A stretch of 64,000 nucleotides of DNA from Nanobdellota archaeon (GTDB taxonomy: Archaea > Nanobdellota > Nanobdellia > Woesearchaeales > JAHJEM01). The first letter of the stretch is position 1. Each line of letters opens with the position of its first letter. Both the position numbers and the translations under genes were made by a program. Below, piece by piece: positions 49,001 through 61,000 of the stretch. The notes beneath the pieces were generated by a model, which saw only the letters and a program-made list of their open reading frames with translations, made no database searches and was not told the origin of the DNA. The stretch spans positions 14,302 to 78,301 of the forward strand of contig JBDRSD010000039.1 of the NCBI GenBank assembly GCA_043825215.1. The letters are read 5' to 3'.

Positions 49001-52000
49001 CGGACAGTCGACCTGTACGCGTCCTGGGAAAGGAACGACTTCTGCGGCACGGGCTCGCTTGCCATGTTCTTGCAGGTCGTCGCGCTGTCAATGTTCGACC
49101 ACAGCACAGTGCCAGACTTGTTGAACCCGAACGAGAGCAGCTCATACCTCTCCATCTCAGTAGCCGTCGACCAGTTGTTTGCAGTGTACGCCCACTGCTG
49201 GTCACCCTGATCCTCGAACATGATGCCGTAATTGCTCGCATTTCCAGCAGGCATCAGGCACCAGGTATCCGTATAGGGCGAATTCGGCTGCCTACAATAC
49301 CCATACCCTGAATACATGGTCCTGTTCACGCCATAATCAGACAGGTTCTTAGCACTCACATTGCGCGAGAGATTGTTGAAATAGACATAATACATCCGGG
49401 ACTCGCTAGCAGTCAGGTTAACGAGGAAAGTGACTATCGCCGTGTCATTGTCAAACCAGTCCACCTGGACAGGCAGCTCGTTCCTGAACTCATCTGCCAC
49501 ACGAATGCTATCATTATCAAGGCTTGTCACATTGGCGAGGTAATCATCAAAGTCAACCCAGATATCCATGGGAAAATCATTCCTGTCAAACCCGTTCCCG
49601 GAAATGTTGTATGGAACCCTGTACTCCCACTGGTAGTCCCACCAGTCGGTCAATGTCGCGCCCTGGGTCAGGTTCACCTGCTGGTTGATGTCATAGGTAT
49701 CCTTTTCTGTCTGCACCTTCACATCCCCAGACGCCCTGACGTAGAACACGTCAGACGAAGAAACAGTGACCTCCTGAGTGGTATCTCTAGCATATACATA
49801 AAATGAATAATTGCCCCAGGTCCATGTCTGATTGAAAATCGCGCGATATGTATTTCCTCCCATCAAAGTTAATGACATATTAGATGTCGCATTATTAGGA
49901 TAGGTGACCATAATCACTGTCTCCTCCAATCCGTCCTCATCATACATGTCCACAGAGACAGTCACGTTCCGGCCATACCCCACAGTCTGCGGTTCAACTG
50001 TCAAATTACCTATCGTCGTCGCCTGCGTCACTGTTATGTTCAAGAGCCCATAAGAAGGAGTCAGGTACCGTGCAGCATCCCCAGCAAAGCTTACATTCAG
50101 GGTGTGCACGCCCACACTCGCATTCGCAAGCACATTATACTCGAAGGAACCGACACCAATGCCGTTGGTCACGTTCGATCCGATGAGATAACCATCTGTC
50201 ATGTCCCTGAACGTGACCGTCTCGCCAGACATGAGCGTCCCATTATCCCACTGCAAGGTGCCTTTCAACTCAATTCGCGCGCCCTGCTTGGGGTTTGAAT
50301 TGTTTGATTCAAACAGTGAAAATGACGGACGCGCATACACGTCAATAACATACTCTGCAGCAATCCCCAACTTATCAGCAGCAGTCACGTTCAGGCGCAC
50401 TGTCTGAGAACCCAACGCAGCATCACTATCCAGGATGACTGTCGTGTTCCCCCACAGATAAGCAGTCTCATTCAAGACAGTCTCGTTGAACGATGCAGGA
50501 GTCATGTTTGTCCAACCTCCCGGAAACGTCCAATTCAGGGTCACGTTGTTTGCAGGGGTCGTGTCCGTATTCTCAGCATAACCCAAGAAAGTGAAATTCC
50601 CATATGCCCTGGTTATCGTCGTCTCATTATTCACAATGTCTGTCAGAAGGGCTCCTGGGACAAGTACCCTGAACTGGCGCGACTGGCGCTGGGTGAGGTT
50701 TCTCACTTCACCACCAGGATTCATATACACTATAGTCACATTGGCATAATACGTGCCGACAGGAACCGATGCATTCGTCGAGATGTTGAACGATGCCTTT
50801 TCCCAAAATCCTGCAGAGATACCCGCATACGAGCAGGTCTGCGAGGGGGCGGCAGACTTGCAGAAGCAGGCAAGGCCTGTCACATTGGGGCAGTTTACAG
50901 TGAAGTTCACGAATGTCAGGTCAGATAGCCAGGGATTCATGAGCGTCACGTTATACGTTGTCGACTCGTTCTGGTAGATCAGCGACGGGGAGATCAGGGA
51001 TGACAAATTGTACAGCAGGTTATGGATCCTGAAGTAATTCGAGAAATTACTCACCTGATTGCCATTCGCATAATCAATCAAGATATCCCAATAGAAACTA
51101 TATGTCCCCGGAGACGCGCTTGAGGGGATGCGATACCCTGCTGACGAATTATCGAATCTTCTCTCACAAGACGCCCCCTCTGCAAGATCACCGCAGGACT
51201 GCGTCTCATCAGGACCCCAGGACACATCAATAAGATTATAATCAAGCACGTTCAATGAAAGATTCACATCTATCGCTGTGATATTGTTGTTCTGGATCGT
51301 GATATTCACCCACTGCAAGGTATCCCCTATCTCATACTCATTGATGCCGTGCTCATACTCGTTCTCATGCTCAACAGACGTGATAGTGATATCTGGCGAG
51401 CCAATCTTGAATGGATAATATGCTGAGAAGGGAGTCACCCCATCAAGAGTGAGCAAGTCCGATACGTTATCTCTTATCGTCGCATACACCCTGTACTGGC
51501 CCTTCTCATTGAGCTGGGTATTCCATGCGCCCTTATCATCCCACGTCTGGTTCAGATACAGGGTCGTCATATTGATAAAAGTACGAATCGATATCGGGGG
51601 AAGCAGGTCATTAACGACAGGCGTTCCCACATTCGCCCAGGTACCGCTCACATTCTTCTGTACGCGCATCACCAGATATGCCTTGAAATCAGTCGTCCCT
51701 GTATTGTCGACGACAGAATACCTGGTGACTTGCGTCTCAGCCCCACCGACAGTGACTCCCGGGACATTGGAAAGCAATGGATAATACGTATCAGGGGTTG
51801 CCGTATCAATCGTCCTCCAATACGTGATGATCTTCCTGCCTCCCGCAGGGACAGTCATGCTGTAATTGCCCCATACCTGATACCCTTTCTGCAGCCAGCC
51901 GACGCCTGCCCTGTCTTCAGTCCCATTCGGGACATTCTGCGGCATGCCCTCTGCAGAGCATGCGAACGACTCATGGTCATGCATGTGCGCCTGCTGCGGG

Positions 52001-55000
52001 ACGCTCACCGAATCATTGACATATATCCAGCCCGTGTCAAGGTACGTCTGGAAGGGCCGCGTATATGCGATCCACGGCTCACGGGACTGGAAATTTGTTA
52101 TGTGCACTTCAGCACAATCATCGCAGGTGACCGGGTTTCCAGCGCTATCCGGGTAAATATATTTATAATTGCCATTCCCGTCATAACCCGACAGGTCTAT
52201 CCTGATGGTCGCATTTGATGCGTTCTCGTTCTCGATGATATACTCGACCTTTGCAAGCTTCTCAAAGAGCCCTGATTGGTACGTCGGATTGAACACGCTC
52301 ACCCGTTTCTTGAAAATGATGCCTGACCTGAAACCATAATCAAAGGACACCGTACCCTTGAACCCCTGCTCTGTAAAAAAGGACATGTTCGGAGAGGGAG
52401 GGGAAGTCATATTCCCGCAGGTCGCTGCCGCACCGATGATCGACCAGTTATCTGCAGTTCCCACACGGTAACCGAATGAAAGGAACTCATGACGCTCCAT
52501 CTCAGTAATGCTTGACCAATTATCTCCAGAATACTGCCACTGCATATCCCCCGCCTGCTCAAGCATGATCCCATAATAGGAAGAGCTGCCCCCAGGCATG
52601 AGGCAGTAATTGTCTGTGTTTCCCTGCGGCTCACGGCAGCCAATTCCAGACCAATAGGTTCTTGTCACCCCATAATCAGCAAGAGTCTTCTCAGGCTTCG
52701 GGGATACAGTAGTATCATAATAAAGATAGTATTGGTCATTTCCATCTGTTGTCGTATTCACAAGGAACGTGATAATCGCAGTCGAATCATCATACCAGTC
52801 GATCTGGCGGGGAACCTCCTCTGATGTCGAATTTCCTGGAGCGTAAATGAGACGAGTCGAATTCTTGTCCACGTCCGAAACGTTCTCAAAACTAACCCAG
52901 ACCTCAACAGGAAACTCAGTCCTATTACTCCCTGCTGAAGAAACTGTCAAAGGAAGCCTGTATGCCCAGGAAAAATTCCACCAATTCGTGGTATTGATCT
53001 CACCCAGGAGATCCACCTGCTCATTTGACCCATAGATGTCCTGTTCAGTCGTCACCCTGAATGTCACATTCAAGTCAATCGTAAAAGAAGAGGTGTTCGT
53101 CCACGTCAAGCCAGCCGTGTCATTCGCCGTGACAGTCACATTATGCACACCATACATCCATGTCGACTCAAAGATATACGTGTACATATCTTTTGTCAAA
53201 TTAGTCATGACATAGATTTTCGAGCTGCCGTTTGGCTTTGTGATATTCACAATCACCGTATCAGTTAAATTCAGGTCATCAGTCACATTCGCCGTGATAT
53301 TGACCGGATACCCATAACCAAGATACGACGGTGAGACCGAAAGAGTGTTGATTCTCGGCTTGAAATTGGAGATGTTGACCGTAAGAGTTCTTTGCGTCCC
53401 GTTTCCGATATTTCCTGCAGTATCTGTGCAGTTCACCTGCCAGGAATAGATCCCGTTAGAAAGTGCCTGCAAGAATTCAATGGTCTGACCCTGAGTGATG
53501 TTTGAATCATTCTGGTAGACAGTATTATTGATAATGAGGGAACAATTGGCAACCTCGAGGAGATTATCAGTCACATTAAACGTGAAAGAGAGATCCGCTT
53601 CCTCAGTCTGGTTGTAATAATCCTCCGGTGTGATGAGAGTGATATTTGGCGCCTCCTGATCGACAGCAAAATTCCATGCAGAAGAGGAAGCAGTATTATT
53701 GAAGCCATCCCAGCAGGACAACGACCAATTATACAGCCCGGTTTCAAATCCATACACTGACTGGTTTGTGACAGAATCATTTGTCTGATTCATCAATGAA
53801 ACATTGACTTCATCAGCAATGCTCAGATTGCAAAGCAGGTAATCCCAGAAATTATCTGAGGCATTCCATGTGAAATTCAGCTCAGTTGACGAGGTATTAT
53901 AAAAAGCCAAGGGATACATCATATTGATATCTGGCGCATCTGCATCAACAAACAAGTACCGTGTCAAGTCTCCTGTGCTTCCCTGATAGGTGAGGTTCAC
54001 CCGGACAGAATAATTCCCTGTCTGATTAGGGCTTGTGAAGATATATAAGTAATCACCGAACTCATCAGTTGTTATCCCATAGATAAGGGTGACATTGTCC
54101 ACAATCGGCGACACGGTCACATTTACCGTCGTGAGATTGATTCTCCACTGCACATACCGTCCATATTGCGATGAAAGGTTAGTTCCATACGGCTCGAGGG
54201 AGAGGTTCGAGAGGTTATCTGAAGACCGCAATTCATAGCCAACACTCGCCCCAGACGGAACACTTATGTTCTGGATGACAAGGGACCCATAAAACACATC
54301 ATCCCTTCCTGCATCAAATATCTGTGACTCCAGGTTTCCATAAGATGAGTAATCCACGTGATACTCTGGGATGATCACCCCCCCGTCACCAAGATAAATA
54401 TAATTATCTTTTCTCGCCACATGGTTCGGATTCAAGGGAATCTCAAACTTTGTCTTCAGGACAGGAGTTGACCAATTTGAGATGTCAACGACAAGCATCT
54501 CATTCCAAGCAGTATCACCAGGACCGCCATACTCATCAGCAAGATAGAGATGACCATCAAACCAGGCGATTCCCTCTCCATAATAATCATCACCTGCGTC
54601 ATACGGGTCAAGAGTGTCGCCGTTGATCGTGCCATTTGCAGCACCATTAGTCTTATTATACCTATAGATGAGACCGCCTCTTGTGTTGCAGTAGACAAAG
54701 TCAGGGTCAACGTCGATGCCAATACAGTTCGTCGAATCAAAGCTGCTCTGCCACGTAAACGTATTCCCATTACTCGACACGTAATACTTGTGGATGTTGC
54801 CGCCATTGTACGTCCAGTCCTGAGACCAGAAGACAGCAGTGCCTGACGTGTTCAGGCTTTCCGTCTCCCACTTGTCAAAGGCAATCCCCGTGTACACTGT
54901 TTCAAAGGTTCCCCCTGTAGGACTGCTCACATAGTTGAAATCCTCACTAAATTTCCTGATATACGGATTTCCTCCGGACATGGATGCGAAAAAGAAGTAG

Positions 55001-58000
55001 TTTGCGTCAAAGCCAGACTCTATCGCAGGAGCATAGGTGAAACCCCACGCGGCAGTACCTGCAGAGGCAGTATTATTCTGGACAAAGGTCGCATTCTGGG
55101 AATGATTATACCGCAACCTGAACGAATCATCAGAGACATAGACATCATTCTTCGTGCCATTGTTGAAATCCTCATCCAAGGTCTGCAACCACTGCGAACC
55201 GCCTGCTATAAGAGACCCATTCAACCAGATATTCAAAGGAGCAAAGGTCGCATTCCCTCCAGAGGTTGTCTCAGCATGGCCATATACTGTCACATTCATA
55301 TCAGGCCCTACAGCATACTGGTCCAGGTATTCAGTCATCACAAGAAAGCCGATAGTGCCATTATAGGTCATGTTCAAGCCATCAGCATCGATCGCAAAGA
55401 CACTGTAGTTCCACGCGCCATATTCATCTATTGTATAATTGATCGACTTCCAAATACTGCCGTTCAAATACGTACCATTCAGATTATATACAACAACATC
55501 GAACGGATTAATCAAGGTAAAATTGACTGATACGAGGTTATCATCAGTCACATTCGCCCTCAGATTGAACTCAGTATCATACATGACCGCATCAGGATCA
55601 GTCCAGACATCCTCAATAATAGGACCCTGGTAGACCTTGATGTTCAGGCGCTTCTCGCCATAAATGCCCCTGAAAGTCGTGTTGACGATAACATCGTATG
55701 ACCCGCCGACAGTCGCATTGAACGTCACATTATAGTCCCCATTCGCATCAGTCTTCGCCCCGTAAAAAAGGGTCGAATTGATGAGCGTGGGTGTGAAGTT
55801 CCTGTCTGTCGTCGTCAGGTTGTAGCGCAATTGCGCATACCTTCCCCGCTCAAGCGAGGCATCTTCAGTCCACGACGCGACAAGAAGGGCAGCAACACTC
55901 TCACCTGAGCGTATCTCAGCAGAAATATTGGTTCCAGATCCCATCACACCGGACCAGTTGATCTCATAAAGAGGTGCTGTCTGCTCGGTATCGAAAATCT
56001 CGCTGATGATTTCACCAGAAGACTTATACTGTATCCTATACTTGTGGAATGTCGTTCCTCCATCGCCAAGCCAGAAGTATGAACCATTATTGGCCATGAA
56101 ATTCGCAGGATAGGCGCCAGCGAACTTGGTCTCGATGTTCGGATTGCTCCAATCCGTAATGTTCAAAACTATTATCTCGTCCCCATACTCATCATTCAGA
56201 TAAAGGTGATTGTCAAAATAGAAGATGCCCTCACCATAATAGGAATCCCCGCCGCCATCAAGCGTGTCCATGTTGATCGTGCCCATCGCGGTTCCCGACT
56301 TGTTATACCTATAGATCGAGCTTGTCGTTGCTGTCGGACGATCCCTTGTATTGCAGTAGATGTAATTCTCATCAACAGCAATACCGATGCACCTGTCGCT
56401 TGACCAGGAATCATACATTGCCCAGGTCGTCCCATTGTCTGTGACCAAATACCTATGCATCTGATAATTGTAGGTCCAGTCCTGGGTCCAGAAGACAGCA
56501 GTTCCCGACTGATTTAATAGGGCAGTTTCCCAGGGATCAAAGATGACAGCAGTATATATCGTGTTTGTCAGCCAGCCTGTCGGCGAATCCAGGTAGAAAA
56601 GCGTGCTGTTGAACCGCTGAACAGTATTTGCGGTCGTGAAGAAAAAGTAATCATTATCAAAACCTGATTGCGCTGCAGGGGCAAAAGTCATGTCCCAATC
56701 AGGAGGATTGGAGCCCACCTGCGATCCCAGATATGCAGACTGCGAGCCATGATCATACGCAAGCGTGAGGTTGTATGGGTTTAAGGTCAGGTTCTGATGC
56801 GTGCCATTGTCAAAATCAGCCTCCTCATCATACGTCCACTCCCGCACGCCATCAACAACGAGGACATCATCCAAGTAGACTGTGAATGGGTTGTTCGACG
56901 CATTCGTGCCATTGGATAGGTTGATATGACCCCACACACTCACATTATCGTAGAGGTTGACAACACTATTATCCAACTGGCCGCTTACCTCTAAAAGCTC
57001 AATTATCCCGCTCACATTATCCGTATACCCAAGAGCATCAGTCGCGAGGATCGTGTAATTGTATTGGAGGAATGATGTTATCGCAGAAGAGAGTGACGTC
57101 CATGTCATCCCACCACCCTTTGTGCCATTGAGATTATACACTATGTTTCCATCAAAATCAATCAGAGTGAAATTTACAGAGACCAAATCGTTATCCACGA
57201 CAGTCGCTGCAATAACAAAGTCCGCAGGATTATAAGGCGAGATTGGAGTCGTCGACCAGTTCGTGATATTCGGGCGCTGGATAACCGTGAAATTCTTCCT
57301 CGCCTCACCATAGATCCCATCATACGTAGAATTGACCAAGATCTCATACACACCACCAAATCCGGGAGCAGTAATCGTATAATTATAATCCCCATTACTA
57401 TCAGTAGACGCGCCATAGTACAAGGACACATTATCCACAATTGGGGTGAAATTGGCATCAGCCGTCGTCAGATTGATCCGCCACTGGGCAAAGCGACCGG
57501 CCTGGGTTGAAAGGTCAGTCGTCCACAACGCCGAACTCACCGCGGCATAACTTCCAGCAGACCGCATCTCAAAGGTGATATTTCCGGTTGCAGGAGTGGA
57601 ATTGATAATCTTAAATCCAGTATACGCAGGAGTGCTCAGGTTCGTGTTGAAAATCTGCGATACCAGATTCCCTGCATTCGCATACATGAGCTCGTACTTA
57701 TACAGCGTCACACCGCCATTACCCATGAAGATTGTGCCATTCCTTCTCGCAAGCTGATTAGGACCAGTGGTCAGGTTCGTTCCTGAAACATACACAGGAC
57801 TATCCCAATCAGAGATGTCAACAATGTGCAGCTCGTTCCAGGTTGTCGTGGGAGTTCCGCCATACTCATCCGCAAGGAAGAGATGATTGTCATACACGAC
57901 AATTCCCTCTCCATAATAATCATCACCGGCGGAATAGGGATCAAGCGCATCCATGTTGATGTTCCCTGCGGCAGTGCCATTCTTGTAATACCTATAGACT

Positions 58001-61000
58001 GCAGTCGCGCCAGCCGAGGGATTGCCACGCGTATTGCAATAGATATACGTGTCATCAACATCAATCCCTATGCAGTTGGTCGAATCAAAAATCGAAACCC
58101 ACGTCCAGGTGAGGCCGTTATTCGTAACATTATACCTGTGGATATTCGCCCCGTTGTTCGTCCAGTCCTGCGCCCAGAAGACAGCTGTACCTGATGTATT
58201 CAGAATGGCTGTCTCATACGGGTCAAAAGCAAGTCCTGTATAAATGGTGCTCGTGTTAAAGCCGGCAGCGTTTCCAACAAAAGAATACGCGTCATTGTAG
58301 ACATTGAGGACATTCTGCGTGGAGAAAAAGAAATAATTCGCATCAAAGCCAGATTCTGACTTGTGCGCATAGGTAAATCCCCAATCACCTGGATCTGAAT
58401 TCAACGTGGCTGTGCCGGAGTAGTAGGGACTTGTGCTGTAGTCATAGCCAAGGAAGAATGTACTGTTCTCGACGACCACATTTGACGCGTTTCCTGCATT
58501 GAAATCAGCATCCGAGTACTGCAGCCACGCATTGATTCCGCCAACACGAAGGACGCTATTGATATAGATGTAGATCGGATTATTGCTCACATTTGTCCCA
58601 TTGGAGATATTGATATGCCCGAAGACCGTGACATTCTCAGAAAGCCCGACCGTTTCCGGGGTATTGTTGAGCGTCACCTGCATCATCTGCAAGATCCTCG
58701 TCACCGTGTCATTGAAGCCTGTCTGGTCATACGCAAAGATGGTATAATTCCACGTCTGGTAGGAATCTATGGAATAAGAGGGCGACGTCCAGATGCTTCC
58801 CGCTCTTGTCCCGTTCTGGTTGAAGATGATGCTTCCGTTCGGGTGATTCAACGTGAAATTCACCCCGAGAATATTGTCATCAGACACATTTGCCTTGATG
58901 ACAAAAGAGCGGCCATAATACGGGTAGGATGGCACGGTATAATGATCCTCTATTGACGGGAACTGGTAGATGGTAAGGGACGATGTACTCTCGCCGTACA
59001 CTCCCTGGAATGTCGAATTGACAAGCACTTCATAGACACCTCCCAAAGACGGTGCCGTTATCGCGTAGCAGTAATTCCCATTTGCATCAGTCTGCGCACC
59101 ATAGGTGAGCGACACATTCCTTATCGTCGGCGTCTGCCACGTATTATTCGTCGCAAGCGTTGCACGGTACTGGGCATACCTGCCATTCTCCCCGGACAAG
59201 TTGGAGGTGAAATTCTTGTACGTCAGGTTCGCGGCAATAGGCGCGCTTCTCATCTCCAGGATAATCGAGGTGTTTGTCTCGGAAATGTTCGACGAATACA
59301 ATGATAAGTAGGACGGCGAGACCTGGCCTGTATCAAGCACCGTAGATATGAACTCTCCCTGAGGAAAATAGGGAATCCGATAATTATAGATATATCCAGA
59401 GCCTGCAGAGACAAAGATGTCAGACCTGTTCCTCGCAAGCATATTGATGTCCGGCGCGTACGCCCAGGTCGTGAGAAGGACAGGACTGCTCCAATCTGAC
59501 ACATTCAGGACAAGGATGTCATCAGAATTATCATTCCCAAGATACAGGATGTTCTTATACTTGACAATACCTTCCCCGCTGTATCCTGCAACAATGGCAT
59601 TCACATTGATAGATCCTGCCGCTGCCCCACCCTTCGTGAAGCGATAGACGCTCGCCCCATTGGCAAAGCGCGTATTGCAATAGATGTACGATTGATCGAC
59701 ATCAATCCCTAAGCAAGGCCTTGGACTCGAGCTAAACAAGGTCGAATCATCCCTCACCCAAGTAGCACCATTATTCGTGACATTCCAAGCGTACACCTGG
59801 TACGATGACCAGTTCTGCATCCAGATGACTGCACGACCCTGGCTCGCATTGGATAGCCAGGGATCAAATGCCATTCCAGTATACCATCCCGCTGTCGTAT
59901 TGCTGAGCGACTCCACCCAATTGAGATATGTATTGAACCGGCGGACCTGGTTCAAGGTGACTGAGAAGAGATAATCCTGATCCCAACCACTCTCCTGCTT
60001 TGGAACAAATGTCATGTCATATGTCGCGTACGTCACGATGCTGGAATGATTCCTTACATCAATGGGATCAGCAGTGTAGTTGTGCGAAAGCACCAGGGTA
60101 TTATTCATCTCGTGATAGAACGTGTCATTTCCAAGGGTCACATTATACCTTGTCCCTGCAAGATAATCCGCAAGGACAGACTGGGACCACGTCGACACAT
60201 CTCCCAGCTGCAGCACGTCGTTCAAATAGATGAAGATCGGATTATTGGTCACATTCGTCCCATTGGACAGGTTGATATGCCCACACACAAGAACCTCCTC
60301 TTCAAAATCCGCAATCTCAGGTGTGAGATTCATAGTTACCCACATCGTCTCAAAAAAGCCATCATAGGTATCATTGAACCCGTCACCATCCTGGGAATAG
60401 ATGGAGAAATTCCACGTCCCATGCACATCAACAGCGTGGCTCGGACTTGTCCAGATATCGCCAGACCGCGTGCCATTGCCAATGTATGCCAGGGAACCGT
60501 TCGGATAATACAAGGTGAATGTCGCAAAGACAGGATTGTCATCAGAGATGTTCACCTTTATGGTGAAGTTATCAGGATAATACGGCGATACCGGATTGAA
60601 GAACACAGAAACAATCTCTGGCGGCTTAAACGCGTGGATGCGCACCCGATTCTCACCATAGATGCTGTTATACGTCGTATTGACGATGACATCAAAATAC
60701 CCGCCAGAACTCAACGAAAGGGTTGTGATATTATAATCCCCGTTCTCATCCGTCTTCACGCCATAGGAAATGTTCACCCGGGAAACCTCAGGGCTGACAG
60801 ACGCATCAGTCGTGTTCAGGATGATCTTCCACTGGATATACCTACCCTGCGTCGTTCCGAGCGTGGACTTCCAGGATGTCGCATTGAGGTCAGCAAGGTC
60901 ACCCGCAGCACGGATCATCCATGTCATCTGGGAAGCGGAAGGAGTTGTATTCGTTACTGCGATGTCTGTGATGAGCGGGGCGAACTGCCCCGTATCAAAC